A DNA stretch of 64,000 nt from Squalus acanthias (taxonomy: Eukaryota), in contig CM059432.1 in NCBI GenBank assembly GCA_030390025.1, positions 6,634,001 to 6,698,000 on the forward strand, written 5' to 3'. The notes under the pieces were generated by a model, which had not been told where the DNA came from, did no database searches, and worked only from the letters and a program-made list of their open reading frames with translations. The stretch's first letter is position 1. Each line of letters starts with the position of its first letter. Both the position numbers and the translations under genes were made by a program. Below are positions 12,225 to 25,821 of the stretch, piece after piece.

Positions 12225-12537
12225 TGGTAGAGGTCAATAACCAGGGGGCATAGATTTAAAGTAATTGGTCGGAGGTTTAGAGGGGATTTGAGGAGAAATG
12301 TTTTTCACCCAGAGGGTGGTGTTGGGGTCTGGAACACACTGCCTGAAAAGGTGGTAGAGGCAGAAACCCTCATCTCATTTAAAAAAGTACTTGGATATGC
12401 ACTTGAAGAGCTGCAACCGACAAGGCTACAGACCAAGAGCTGGAAAGTGGGATTAGGCTCGATAGCTCTTTTTTGGCCAGCACAGACACGATGGGCCGAA
12501 TGGCGGCCTTCTGTGCTGTAAATTTCTATGATTCTAT
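12225..12537 (+). mobile_element. CR1 LINE 3' end
   Basis: accagggggcatagatttaaag...tgggccgaatggcggccttctgtgctgtaaatttctatgattctatg tail. Confidence 0.85.
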
Positions 12538-13179
12538 GGCATGAGTGGCTGTAAAAAGGTTTGTATGCATGGGTTTGTAACAGTGGACTTAGATAATTTG
12601 CAGCGATGTTCAGGACTGACATGCACTACCTATTAAGTAGAAACGCAATGAATAGAGCATAAAATACGAACTATTAATAACCAGATTTTCAGTCATGTGT
12701 GAGCACTATTTTGTTATAGAAAGAGCAAGGTAATGCAGAGGTAGAGGGCCAATTCCAAGAGAAAAAGACAAAGTAAAACGTGAATTCGCCCCATGTCAAA
12801 ATGATGTCTCTCTCCAAAGCTCCACCCTTGTCTGCTTTTGGACTGAGCTGAAGGTAATACCATGCTCCAAGGTAATGCACTGAATTAATCATTCCAGAAG
12901 ACTTTAACCTTCACTTGACCTCACCTTGACCGACCTCCTCCCTTTTTGCCATCCTCTTCTCCTTCCTGGACCTCACCTATTGCATTAATTCCGCCACCAG
13001 TATGCACTGATATTGCATCAAACTCACCCTCACGTCAAATCTACGATACAGACTTCCAGAAAGCATTCAGTAAAGGGGAATGGTATTGGGCTGCAAGACA
13101 TACTTAGTGCAGTCCTCCAGCGATTGATGCTGTAGCTCCCATTGCTTCTGATCAATAGATGAATAACCTGGATTCAGAA

Positions 13180-13990
13180 ATGCAATATAAGTCGGTCCAA
13201 TTCTAATGCTATCAAACTCGGGTGGGGCAGTAGAGTCTGATGAAGCAGCCAAAAAGATATGGAAGGACCTGAGCAATATTCGTTAGTGGACAGAACTATG
13301 GCAAATGAAATTTAATATATGAAAATATATAACGAAAAAATGTGCAAGGCCTCGTACGTTGTACAAAAAATGGTGTACATACTTAGTAAATGGTGCTCAA
13401 ATAACTAGGGGAGAGGTTGGAAGACATCTGGAAGAGATAGTAGACGTGACACTGACTTTGGCCAGTCATGGCAGAGCAGTAATCAACATAGCAAATGGAA
13501 TGCTGAGCTATAGTGCCAAATCAGTAAAGCATAAATCTGAGGCCATCATGCTGAAGCTATTTAGTGTTCTTGTTTAGGCTGTGTCCTGAATACTGCATGC
13601 AGTTCTTCTCACCAGAACACATCCAAGAGCCATAAAGCTGATTTCTAATGCCAAGAGTAGTGATTTATCCAAAAAATGTGAGGAAAACTTGAACTCTTCG
13701 TCTTTGAAAGGAGGTGAACGAGAGAGAATATTATAGACTTATCAAAGACATGAAGTGGAATTGATGAGGTTAATCCTGAGCATATTTCATTTGTACCACA
13801 CAAGGGAACATGCTGGTAAAAGCCAAGTTCAGGACTGATCTCAGGAAGTACGTTTTCAAGCGAAGAGTGATCAATACCTATAATTGGATAGGCAGTAGGA
13901 TAGTCGAGGCAAAAACTCTAGAACAATTCAGGAGGCAGTTATATGCTGTAATAGGGAGACGAATAGTTGTTTTCTAGGAAGGATGAGGTA
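13180..13990 (+). mobile_element. Old degraded CR1 fragment
   Basis: Remnants of KLGGAV, WQMKFN, ANGML.Y, LVR..LEYC.QF motifs. Confidence 0.6.
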
Positions 13991-16829
13991 GATACTCTGA
14001 TTTAAAAAAAAAAAATAATTCTCAGGATCTGGGTGGCACTGGCAAGGCTGCAATGATTGTCAATCCCCGAGAAGGTGGAGAGGTACCTTGTTTAGCAGTT
14101 GTTTCTTGTTACAACTGAGTGCTGTAGGTTATTCCAGAGGGCTCTAAAAGTCAACCATGCTGTATTGGAACTGTAGTTATATGTAAACCAGACCAGGTTG
14201 GACTGCCAGGTTCCTTTCTCTGCAAAAACAGCGATGACTCAGTTGGATGTTTACTACAATAAACTTTCATGGTCATTTTGTTCCCTGGATTTATCGAATT
14301 TAATTTCCCAAACTTGCCATGGTGGGATTTTAACTTTACAAGTGTTAGGCTGGCCAGCTCCCTTTTTAGGAGCAGATCTTTTGTTGTGGATGGAAACCCG
14401 AGGCAAGGATTAAAATGCTTGATTTGAAATAGTTAATACTTCTGTGAAACACTGCAGCACAGAAGCATTATTGAACTTCTAGCAACAGGGCCATTACCAG
14501 GATCTTTCACTCCAGTAAACGTAACAGCTGATGTCAGGAATATTAGGGAACTAAAACCATTTCCTACAAATGGATAATGCATTAATGCCTATTAACTGAG
14601 CACTTGCCAAATTATAGGATGTAGCTTGTTTATATTTGTCATTTTTCTGGGTTTTTTTTCTTTCTCTCTGCTTTCCCAACAGTGCTTAGCACCTGTGCTA
14701 TTCCTCTCAGTTGGAAAGGTATTAGTGTTGAACCTGTAGACTCTACGTTGGGTGTCATTAGTTATGGCAAGTGCCCTTGTGTGGTGTTTGAAGAAGCATC
14801 CTGGTTACTTCAAAGTTGCAATAGTATTGTTTTGGGCCAGAGATGCTCACTGATTCTTCTAGCCTATTCTTGCAACCCCCACCCCGACCAGTTCTCTCAC
14901 TGTGATTCCGGAACGACTTCTGAAACTAAAAGTACTTCTTTGGCTGTGAACCGCTTTGGGATGTCCTGAGGTTATAAAGGTACTACATAAATGCAAGTTC
15001 TTTCTTTAATAGCTCTGTGTCCCCTTTCCTAATAGGAATTCATCCAGCCCTTTTTAAAAACCTGTCATGGTAATTTGTTCCACAATTTCACAGTAATACA
15101 GTAATGCTTTGGGCAAACGATGGAACGTACTTCCTTAAAAAGGTGAACGACAGCTGGAACAAATTTCTAGGTAAAGTGGTTGCGACCAGGCTACCAGACT
15201 GATTTAAGGAACTGTTGGATGCTGCAGTGGGAAGACGGTAGGTTTGGGATTCACCAACAGTGACAACTTGCAGAGCTTCTGGAAGGATGGGATCAAATGG
15301 GTCCAAAGGTTGCACTACACACGAAGGTATAAAAAGTACAGGAAAAGAACCCAACTGATCCATCCAGCCTCTCCCATCCAGATATGATGCAGCCTACATG
15401 CACCATTAACCCCCCCCCACCTCCCCCCAGTCGTGCAGTCTCCTGGGGCAAGGCAAAAAAAAAAAAAGCAGAATAATAAGTTAATCTTTTTGAATCTGCA
15501 ATTGTGTATACCAGAGGATGCTGCAATGGAACTTAAGCTGGGAGGAAACAAATATATAAAAGTGAGAGTTCAATCCAAACATGTGAAGTGCCATAGCAAT
15601 GATGATTTCCTCAATTAAAAAATCTTGGTTTCATAAAAAATGTGTGAAAGTTATTCCAATTTGCCGTGACACATTTCCTTAGCTTTCCCTCGAGATTGTA
15701 CCAAGTGCTGTTGTTTTGTAATTGCTGCCGGTTTTTCTACTTGCTCCCACTGGAGTTCTGCTTCAGGGAGGGCGGGGGGGGGGGCGGAAGTTATCCTCAT
15801 GATGACAGAGTTGCCTGGATGATTTCATGCTTGTAGCATTTGTTCACGGGAATTTGCGAAAAATGTAACTGCAGCAGGGCACTGAAACTATTAATGTTAC
15901 TTTTAGTTGTAGGCTTTGCGCTGTGGGCTGAATGAAGAATTGCAGGTGTTCCACTGACCTGGTCCTGTGGGATTTTATGATGGTAGATTTCAAGAAGAAA
16001 GTACATGTGTTTGCAGAGTAAAGCAGCAGCTGTGAAAGATTTATGCTTTTGTCAGAACTATAAGATTTAAAAATGTAACATTTAATCAAATACACGGAAA
16101 GCAGAACAAATTTTAAAGATGTTGCGTATGAACTTTTGGTTTGATCTCTTTACCATAGCAGCAGCTTGTGGGAATATGGACACAGAGTGCTGTATAATCT
16201 TAATTTAAATATGGTAAATGGGATTACGTGAGAAAAAGTCACAGGATCCTTTTTATTACTTTGCAGCTTGTAGGGGACCACACCTGAACACATAATTACT
16301 TTAAAAGCCCTTTTGTTGGTTTATAAGAATAAATACAAGTCCGAAGGGAAGTAAGAACCTCACCAAGTAGGTGATGTACAGAGTAGACTTTAATCACTGT
16401 GTATTTGACGCATGTTTCACCCATTGAATCCCATTCCATGTGTTTGCCTTTCAACTGTTTTGGATGCTTGTTGCACATATTTTGAAGAGGTTCAAGCATC
16501 AGTATGTAATTTTTGTTATCTGCAGAGATTTTTTTTCCCCCTTTTCGTTCCAAAGCGTTACTTTTTAAAAATATGCACACAATTGTGTCTCGTTCGATTC
16601 ACCATTCGCCGACCAGTTATTGGAAAGTGGTATACAAATGAGTGTCAGTTCGCTGCAGGTAACCAGTGGCAGTAGGAAGCAAACTGTGTTGTATAGGAAC
16701 ACTCGCATCCTTTCCATCTTAGTCGTGCGGAGTCACAGACATTTACACTTCTAATTTGTTTTACATTAAAGTTGGTAAGCAAACAAACAAGATTACAAGA
16801 ATAGAAAAACAGAATATTTTTTTTTAAAC

Positions 16830-17290
16830 GGTGAGAAACAATTAAATGCTGGTGTTCAGAGAGAGTTAGCATGCAGGTACAGCAAGCAATTTGCAAGACA
16901 AATGGCATGTTGGCCTTTATTGCAAGGGGGTTGGCGTACAAGAGTTAAGGAAGTCTTGCTACAACTTTAAAGAGCTTTGGTGAGTCCAAAACTAGAGGCC
17001 ATAAACATAAGATAAGCATTAATAACTCCAATAAAGAAATTCAGGAGAAATTTCATTACTCAGATTGGTGAGAATGTGTAACTCGCTGCCGCATAGAGTA
17101 GTTGAGGCGTTTAGCACAGATGCATTTTATGGGGAAGCTTAATAAGTACATGAGGGAGAAAGGAATAGAAGGATATGTTGATAGGGTGAGTTGAAGTAAA
17201 TAGAGTGGGAGGAGGCTTGAGTGGAGCACCAACACTGAATGGCTTATTTCTGTGCTGTAAATTCTGTGTAATTTAAGAGCATTCTCAGCC
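16830..17290 (+). mobile_element. CR1 LINE 3' fragment with internal deletions
   Basis: gcatgcaggtacagcaagcaat...ggaatagaaggatatgttgatagggtgag...tctgtgctgtaaattctg. Confidence 0.75.
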
Positions 17291-18153
17291 CTTCCGGTAA
17301 GCATCCAAGTATTTGCCAATCCCCCAGCATGCCATATTGTGTTTGCTGATTTGCCGCAAAGGGAGTCTGTTTGGAGCTTAATGTCTGCATAAAAGTATAA
17401 TATTTTAGTGTTGCCTGTCATTACATAGGCTTTGCATTGATCGTAATAAGTACCACCAGGAGCTGTTTCGGGAGCAATGTTTTATGACTTTTTAAATTCT
17501 AATCTTTTTAATAAATCAGAAATTCTGTAAAGTGGCTACAGCTAATAAAACACTAATGCACAAGCTATGTGCACACAGTTTTGTTGTATTATATTCTAGT
17601 AAATGAGATCCTACAAAAGAATGGGAAAAATCTATTAACGAAGTACCTTTACATAGCAGGATTTTATTTAAACCCCTGAACTTCAAGATATTTGTATGAA
17701 TCAATCAAAAAAAATCTAAAGTCAAACATTTGATCAGTGAGAGATGCCAGTTTCCCCTAGTATCTGTGCAATTCTTTGCATCGAAGTGCGGGCTCTTTAT
17801 TTTTAAATAATGCATTGAATGGAAAGGATCATTAGCTTTCAGACGTTTGACTTCTAGTTATTTCAGTTGCCGTCAATTTAATAGAATAGTACAGCACAGG
17901 AGGAGGCCATTCGGCCCATCGAGTCTGTGCTGGCATTGGGTTTATCGTTTCATTTAAAATCTACACCAATGGCTAACAATTTTTTTTGTAGCTAATTCAC
18001 AAATTCATATTTTCCTTCATAAAAATGTCCAAAATTGATAAAATTTTCAGCATGTTTGTACTTTCAGTTGTCTTATTTTGCTGCTGTTTTGTACTTTGTT
18101 ATAATAAAATATAACCGCAAATTTGTATTAGCCCATCTGTACAGATGTTGACC

Positions 18154-18609
18154 AAGAAAGAACTTACATTGAAGTAGCGTTTTTCATAGCGCCTCAGGAC
18201 ATCCCAAAATGCTTTACAACCAGTCAAGTACTTTTGAAATGGAGTCACTTTTAACGTAGGAAACCCGGCAGCCAATTTGTACACCGTGAAGTCCAACAAA
18301 GAGCAATGAAATAAATGACCAGATCATCTGTTTTTAGGTGTTGGTCGAGGCATAAATATTGGCCAAATGCACCGGGAGCACTCCGCTGCTCTTCTTCGAA
18401 TAGTGCCATTGGGATCTTTTACGTCCACCTGAGAGCAGACGGGGCTTTGCTTTAACGTCTCATCCTAAGGACGGCACCTCCAACAGTGCAGCACTCTCTC
18501 GGTATTGCACCGAAGTGCCAGCCTAGGTTATGTGCTCAGCTCTCTGGAGTGGGGTTTGAAGCCACGACCTTCTGACTTGGAGGTGATACAGTTGAGCCAA
18601 GGCTGACAC
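18154..18609 (-). mobile_element. Full-length DeuSINE (SacSINE1-like)
   Basis: Reverse complement of the 5921-6389 family from tail to head (ends ggctgacac). Confidence 0.9.
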
Positions 18610-19224
18610 TTTGGCAGACTTCGAGCCCTGTGTATTTCCAACATTTTCTGTTTTTCAAATTCTGATAATTTTATCCATAATTAGCAGTGGACAATATTTT
18701 TTCCCTGAGTTGCCGTAGCTTGGATTTTCCACATTTTTTACTACTCGATTTTGGGGCTGGATGGAAAATAGGACAGTGAAATGTTACACTGCATCCCTGA
18801 CCCAACTAATGCAAATTGTCATTTGTTTTGCTGGAAATGAGGTCAGTAGCTGGAGGTGTCTGCCTAAACACTAGCGCTCTTATTTAATTTGCCTTGTATC
18901 AAACGTCTGATTTCCCAAAATTTGCACCTCTGGTTCACCCATTGCTATAAAAGCCGGTGTGTAAGAGGCTAGGCTGTATAAGCAGCTGACAGGTGGAAGT
19001 TGAAGTTAACGGTATGCTGCACTGGAACATTAAATTGCTGCAACTTGTATTTTGAACTTCTTTCCATCAAGAAGTTTGCTGCTATGTTTACCTTTCTGTA
19101 GGTCTTTCATTTCGGGCTTCCATTTTTCTTCTCACACATGCCACAGAGAAGGCAATAATTTTTCCATTAGGAGTATCCTTCTATCTGTGTTACCCAGCAG
19201 AAGAGGGTGAGAATGAGCAGTAGG

Positions 19225-19510
19225 AACATATAAGGGGTCAGCCATTTAAGACTGAGATGAGGAGGAATTTTTTCACTGAGGGTTGTGAATCTTTGGAATT
19301 CTCTACCTCTTGAGAGCTGTGGATGCTCAGTTGTTGAGTATATTCAAGACTGAGATTGATAGATTTTTGGACTCTAAGGGAATCAAGGGATATGGGGATC
19401 AGGCGGGAAAGTGGGGTTGAGGTTGAAGACCGGCCATGATCTTATTGAGGGTGGAGCAGGCTCGAAGGGCTGTATGACCGACTCCTGCTCCTATTTCTTA
19501 TGTTCTTATA
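19225..19510 (+). mobile_element. CR1 LINE 3' end
   Basis: gagatgaggaggaatttttt...ctcctgctcctatttcttatgttcttat tail. Confidence 0.85.
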
Positions 19511-19539
19511 TTGGGCAGCGCAGGTGGTACCTGCCTTTC

Positions 19540-19790
19540 ATGAGAGGTAACCTTGCACCCACAAATATAGACTGATCTGGTCCCATCTCCAGTTGAGCAA
19601 CAAACAATGCTTGCGGGGGTTACACTTCACTCGTGAAGCAGTACAAGCTACGCTGCATGCTGCTCCCTACCTAGAGATCACCACTGGGCACTGCACTGCC
19701 AATTTCTGTAAAATACCATTGCCCTAAATTTCTCTGCAGCAGGGTCATTTCAAGCTGCCTCTGGACAGATTTCCAACTGGTGTGCACTGG
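19540..19790 (+). pseudogene. Harbinger (HARBI1-like) transposase N-terminal remnant
   Basis: Frameshifted SHLQLSNKQCLRGLHFTREAV / GTALPISVK / TIALNFSAAGSFQAASG; compare the Harbinger motif QCLRRLRF...ALNFYASGSFQ. Confidence 0.75.
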
Positions 19791-20239
19791 AGCATCAAGC
19801 AAGTAACAGGAATGCATTATTTGTTTGAGGCATTAAGTATATCTGCGTCCTCCATGGACATTCATCATCATTGTGATCGGACTCTGCACTTTTACTGTGT
19901 GGCCGCAAGACAAGTAACTGGTTGAATTCTTGGAGATCAGGGCTCCCCTTACAAGAAGATAATTGTGCCTCCCTACTCTTACATTGCACTGTGCTCCCCC
20001 TTGATACCTGCACTTATGCATCCTTTCATTAATCTGCTGCTTCTTACTGGTGCTCCCTCAGTGGGCTGGCTGATGTTTGCACCCAGCAGCTTTATTGCCT
20101 GAGGTTGCCTTTGTCTCAAGGCAGCTGAGGCCCCAGAGACCTGTTGCAAGTTGCATCTCATCTGTTAGAGTAACAGCCTGGTGTTGGTTGCTTTCTGCTA
20201 TGTATATCTTAGAGGGCTATCATTCATGTTGCAGAATGT

Positions 20240-21460
20240 TGTAAAACTCAACAGCTTTCATTCTTATAGTGCCTTTAATGTAGAAAAAAATCTCAAAGCA
20301 CTTCACAAAGACATAAACAAAATAATACACTTTGAGCCAAAGAAGAAGTTATGAAGAGGGATGACCAAAAGTTTTGTGGGTTTTAAGGAGGGGCTTAAAG
20401 GAGGAGAGGGAGGTGGAAGGGCTCAGGGAGGAAATTCCAGAGCTGAGGGCATGACCACTAATGATGGCGCAGAGGGAGGGGTGAAGCCATGGAGCGATTT
20501 AAACACGAGGCTGAGAAATTAACATTTGAGGCTTTGGACCGGGAGCCAACGTTGGTCATCGAGAATGGGCAAATGGGACTTGGTGTGGATAGGATACCGA
20601 CAGCAGAGTTTTGAATGAGCTGAAGTCTATGGGGGAATGTAGATTGCGAGGCTGGCAAGGAGAGCGTTGGAGTGGTTGAGTCTGGAGGTGACTGGCATAG
20701 ATGAGGGTTTCAATAGCAGATGGGCCATGTTAAGGAGATGGAAGTAGGCGGTCTTTGTTTTTGAGGCGAGATGGGGTCGGAAGTTTATCTCTGGGCCAAA
20801 AGGAGGTTGCAGACTGTCTGGTTCAGTACGAGACAGTGGCTGAGGAGTGTTTGGAGTCAGTGGCGAGGAATTTGTGGCAGGGGCCGAATATGTGGATTCA
20901 GTCCTCCCCCGTGCTTAGCTGGATGAAATTGCGTCTCATCCGAGACTGAATGTCAAAAAAGCAGTCTGACAACACAGAGGCTGTAGACGGGTTGAAAGAG
21001 GTGATGGAGAGGTAGCTTTGTGTGTCATCAGCGTACATGCGGAAGCTGTCTCTATGTCTGCGGATGATGCCGCCAAGGGGCAGCCCCTAGTTGAAGAAGA
21101 GAAGAGGTCCAGGATGGATCCTTGGGTAACTCCTGAGGTGACAGTGTGGGGGCAGGAAAAGACGCCATTACTGGAGCTGTTCTGGTTATGATCAGATAGG
21201 GAAGAGTGGAACCAAGGAAGGACAGTCCCACTGAGCCGGACAGGGTTGAGAGCTTTTGGAGGAGGATCGTGTGGTCAACCGCGTCATAGCCTGTAGAGGG
21301 GTTGGGGAGGCATAATGCACCATAATTTCAGTCACAGAAAATGTTGTTCGTTACTTTGGTTAGGGCCGTTTTGGTGCTGGGAGTTAACCTGATGAGATGG
21401 ATTCAGGCGGAGTAGCGGGAGCAATTCGTGAGGCAGCAGCACTTTGAGGGATGTTCAAAA
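20240..21460 (-). mobile_element. L2-clade LINE 3' fragment, degraded
   Basis: 3' tail tatagtgcctttaatgtag; peptide LQLIQNSAVGIL; YADDTQ-like motif (gtcatcagcgtacat) near 21025. Confidence 0.8.
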
Positions 21461-23084
21461 CCGCAAGCTCGAGGAGTGCATGCTAACCTGATTAAATTCC
21501 AAAAAATATAGCTATTTTCAATGTTAAAAATGATCTTTGATAAAGATAACAAATCTTTAATTTCAAGTACAGATTTGATCATTTAAAAAGTATACGCTAC
21601 TTCCAAAATAAGTAAAAATGTTAATTATTTTTTAGTGACCCTATGTAGCTTGCTGGGTGACTTGCATTTTGAGACCTTGACATCACCTGCAAGCATTCTT
21701 AACCTATTCATGATGTGTCATCAACCATTTTGAATTGGAACTAAAGAGTTATGGTGCAATAATGTCAGTGTAAAGCCGTCTGTTCTCCCAATATTAACAA
21801 CGTAGCAGAAACATTTAAGTAACCATTACTTTAATGGTTAATATGGAAAGATGCTGCGTATTTAGACATATGCTGAAGAGCATGGGGAAAAATGGATAGT
21901 TGGACCATTGTAGACGTTTATTTTTTATAGGTTGCTCATTAAAGCACAGGACAGCCTGCTTTGGTTAGGCTCGAGTTGAATTAGCAGTTTATAATAGAGG
22001 AATAACAGCCTGGATATGGACCTTGGAAATCTTGGGAAACGTGGAATGTGGCAGATTGAGAAAGCTCAGGCATTGGCCTCCGAACAGCTGGAAGACTTTG
22101 AACTTTTCTATCAGCTACTGGCAGTGGCTGAATTTGGAACGAGGAGATGGGATAAATCTAATTACTGCCTAAAATCATCAGTCGCTGCAGCTGCTGCCTC
22201 CTAAATTATCAGTCCAATTTTCAGGATTATTTGGATGAGTTGGCTTTTACCGTAGGAAATGGACGGCGCAGTGGAATTTTTCTGTAGGTGACTGACAATG
22301 GGTGGTCGTGTTATGCACTATTGTGTGTGCACCCAGCAATGGTGTTAATTGCTGTTTTGTGACGTGTTTGAGAAGTTGTCGCTGCTGTTTCAAACTAATG
22401 TTGCAGCATTGTCCATACTTTCTGGCACTGTTGTTACACGGCGTTGCTGTTTTTAGAAGTGTTCTGTGAAGTCCAGAACCAAAGGCATCCTTTCCCTTTT
22501 GTGACTACTTGCCTTATTATCTGCAATCAGTTTTTAAAAAAAAACCTGAAGTGAGGTTGCTTAAACTGCAATCTGTGCTTTGTTACGTTAGTTGCAGTGG
22601 TCTGTGTTCTATTGCTTGCTTGCATTGTTTGATGAATACAGTTGTCTCCGACTGTTAGTTGAGAGGAAATGATCAATTTTTTTGTAAGTACCATTCGCTC
22701 TCCCAATACAGGGAGCCAAGACTAAATGTAATCGTCGGGTAAAGTAGGTGGGGATAATTGGACCAGGACGCAGACGCTATTCCATCCCCATTTCAGAATT
22801 ATAAATTCTGTCCTCCTTCTCAATAATCCTTGGATTTTACATTTATTATTTATAGTTCAGCAGCAAAACGTACATCATTTTGGGAAGCAAAGCAGTAGAG
22901 CTGTTTGAAGGTTCTCCTACCCTGCGAGCTGAGGAATTGCAAAACTGAGATGCTACAGCACCAACACCAATGGGAGGGTGTCATTGCAGCATAGCAACTT
23001 GGTATGGGCATTTTCCATGGCTGCATATAGTGAAGCCACTATTCCCGGCCAGAATGGGGATGATTGGATAATTCAAACCCTGCT

Positions 23085-23380
23085 TTTATCGGGAGAATGT
23101 TAGTTGTTGAAAGGGTACTTAGACTGAAATGGACAAGGCTTAACTTTTTGCAGTGAGTTTAGTTCGTATCTACCACGCAAATTCAGGAAATTCACGCCGT
23201 TCGATGTATTTCAATGGTGCGCCAAACATCGAAGCTAATGGCGAGCGGCGCCTCCCGGACAGCAACTTTTGAATTTCCATGTTTAACCGCGCATCTGCCA
23301 TCGCCTGAGCTAGCATTTGCGCCTAAATAACAGTGAGGGCCAATACCTCACTGTTACTTTGACAGCAAATTATGGCCCAA
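23085..23380. mobile_element. Harbinger-type MITE terminal fragment (same family as 59130-59662)
   Basis: Shares gggtacttagact, ttaaccgcRcatctg and terminus tttgacagcaaattWtggccc with 59130-59662. Confidence 0.7.
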
Positions 23381-23414
23381 TATTTTTTTTTAGTAATATT
23401 GGTTCAGGAAGGAA

Positions 23415-23695
23415 TAAGAACAGAAAATGCTGGAAATACTCAGCAGGTCAGGCAGCATCTGTAGAGGAAGGAATGCTGGCCAACAAACTGGGAGAAATCC
23501 TTGTCTTTCTTGGAATGGGATAGTTAATGTCCAAGTGAATCTCTTAGTGACAAATTGCAAAACAATGTCATACAATAGCAAAATACTGCAGATGCTGGAA
23601 ATCTGAAATAACAACAGGAAATGCTGGAAACACTCAGCAGGTCAGGCAGCATCTGTGGAGAGAGAAACAGAGTTAACGTTTCAGGTCAATAACCC
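23415..23695 (-). mobile_element. Penelope-like element terminal repeat fragments (two tandem pieces)
   Basis: aacagaaaatgctggaaatactcagcaggtcaggcagcatctgt at ~23418 and ~23612; same motif adjoins the GIY-YIG remnant at 54850-55340. Confidence 0.75.
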
Positions 23696-23696
23696 T

Positions 23697-23820
23697 TATG
23701 GGATATGGGGATCTGGCGGGAAAGTGGAGTTGAGGCCGAAGATCAGCCATGATCTGATTGAATGGTGGAGCAGGTTGGAGGGGTCGTACAGGTTACTCCT
23801 GCTCCTAATTCTTATGTTCT
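23697..23820 (+). mobile_element. CR1 LINE 3' end
   Basis: gggatatgggg...gatcagccatgatc...ctcctgctcctaattcttatgttc. Confidence 0.85.
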
Positions 23821-25821
23821 TCGGGCAAATGGTAGGCAGAGGTTCAAAAAGCACAAATCTTAATGAGATATCACAATACATAGACTGAGATCGTACACAC
23901 CTGCTATTAGTCAACACATTAAGCATTTTGTGATACGAGTCTTGAGAAGTTAATTCCGGTTTCATTCTATCTGCGCAATTTACATAACAGAAAAATACAC
24001 TCTTTGAGTTGGTGGGTTTGTGTTGTGAGTGGGTCAGTGCATTATTAGAGACCGCTGGTTGACGTCTGAACTTCTTTTTGCCAAAACAGACGTAGAAATT
24101 TAAATATTTCATTGCGTTCCAAGTTTCTTGTTGCTGTTACAGGTGGAAAAAATATGTTCTCATTCACCTTTCATATGCTGTATATCTAATTTTATTTTCT
24201 CGAAACTTTATAGAATTGTATGGTTCTCTTGACTGCAATAAAGCAGGCTGAGGATAAAGAACAATTTTCTAACTCTTTAGGGAGACCATATTTGTTCCTT
24301 TATTGCAGGTCTTTGCAGGATTTTATTTTTCCCACATTTAGGCTTTTCCTTTGCTTGACCGTCGAGCAGGAAATCTATCTCCTACCGTTACAGCTGGTAG
24401 CAGAATTGGCAATTGTCAGTGAGTTATTTTGTCCTTTGAGGATTGCAGATGTATTTCTGAAACGAGAATATTTGTGGTGCTTTCACAAACACAACCGGTA
24501 ATTAAGCTGGGGCGGTAGTCCACTACGTCAGTGATGTGCCATCCATGGTGTGGAAGCTGGTACCGAGCAATGGTGAATAGTTTCCCCTTTAAAGGGGAGG
24601 AGTAAAATTCAAAGTGCAGGTTACCCTTGGCCACTCTTGTACAATGTGTAAGGCAACTATAACATAGGGCTGGAGCATTTTGCCAGCCCTACTTCTTGGC
24701 AGCCAATGGAGTATGGCAAAGGGGAAAATCTAAAGAAGGCGGAGAAAAAAAGAGGGGCTGAAGAGTACTGTCCATAAGGATATGTACTTTGATTTCATAC
24801 ATTTTTCAAATTTTACTTGAATTTATAAGCATTAAAATTCCCCATTTTTGCAGATGTTATATAATGAAAATCAAAGGCAGAAATCTGCAGCAGACATTCG
24901 GCCCTCAAACGATTAAAGCTAATGTTCTTTTACAGTTTCCTCACGGTTTATGCCCTTTTCCTCAACACTTACCCAGTAAGATTTCATCAGCTCTTTGAGC
25001 ACTGAATTCCTTCGTACTTACAGTATCGGAGCATATGTTCAATCACTTAACATATATTCGAGTAATATTCTGTAAAATTACAGCTCCTTAGATAATGGAG
25101 TAGGAAAGTACAACATAGCAGATTATATAGTTTATTCTTTGATTTTGTTTAAATATGACATGATTTAAAGATACCAAGAGACGCTGTTTCCCACGTAGTA
25201 ATTCGACTATTATTCATTATACTTAGAAGTATTTCTTGTTGTTCCACATAATCTTATTTTGAAAATTGCAGTTATTGTCCGTGAGGGTAATTTGAAACCA
25301 TTCGCACCTTCCCATTTCCTAACCCCTTTCATGGCCCAACACACACACAAACTCGACATAAACCTTTATGCTATATTAATACAAAGTGTAATTACTGCAG
25401 GTGAGAAAGACAAAAGGCAGTGTTCCTGCAGGTGTGGAGATGCCTCATTTCTATAAGGTACCTGCAACTACTTGAAGGAAAAGTTGGTCCCACATGCGTG
25501 CGGTTGGTTTCAATATGTGTCATGTCTGGGGCTCACACCCTGGGACGTATGAAATGAGAATTTAAATGGCTACATACTGCTTGCCTTTTTATTTAGAAAC
25601 ACAACTGGAATCAAAGCTTTTCCGTTGCACTGTTGGACCTGTTTGGAGACCAAGCACAACTTCCTCTTCCTTCTGGAAACCAGGCAGCAGAATGAGAGGG
25701 GCCCTGCACATTCCAAGATTCCTCAACGTCTCTGACAGTATTGACGGCTGCCATGTGGTTAAGTGAGCGAAACCCTTCATGCCCTTCATGAACCACGAAG
25801 GATTCTCCTCTATCAACGTCC

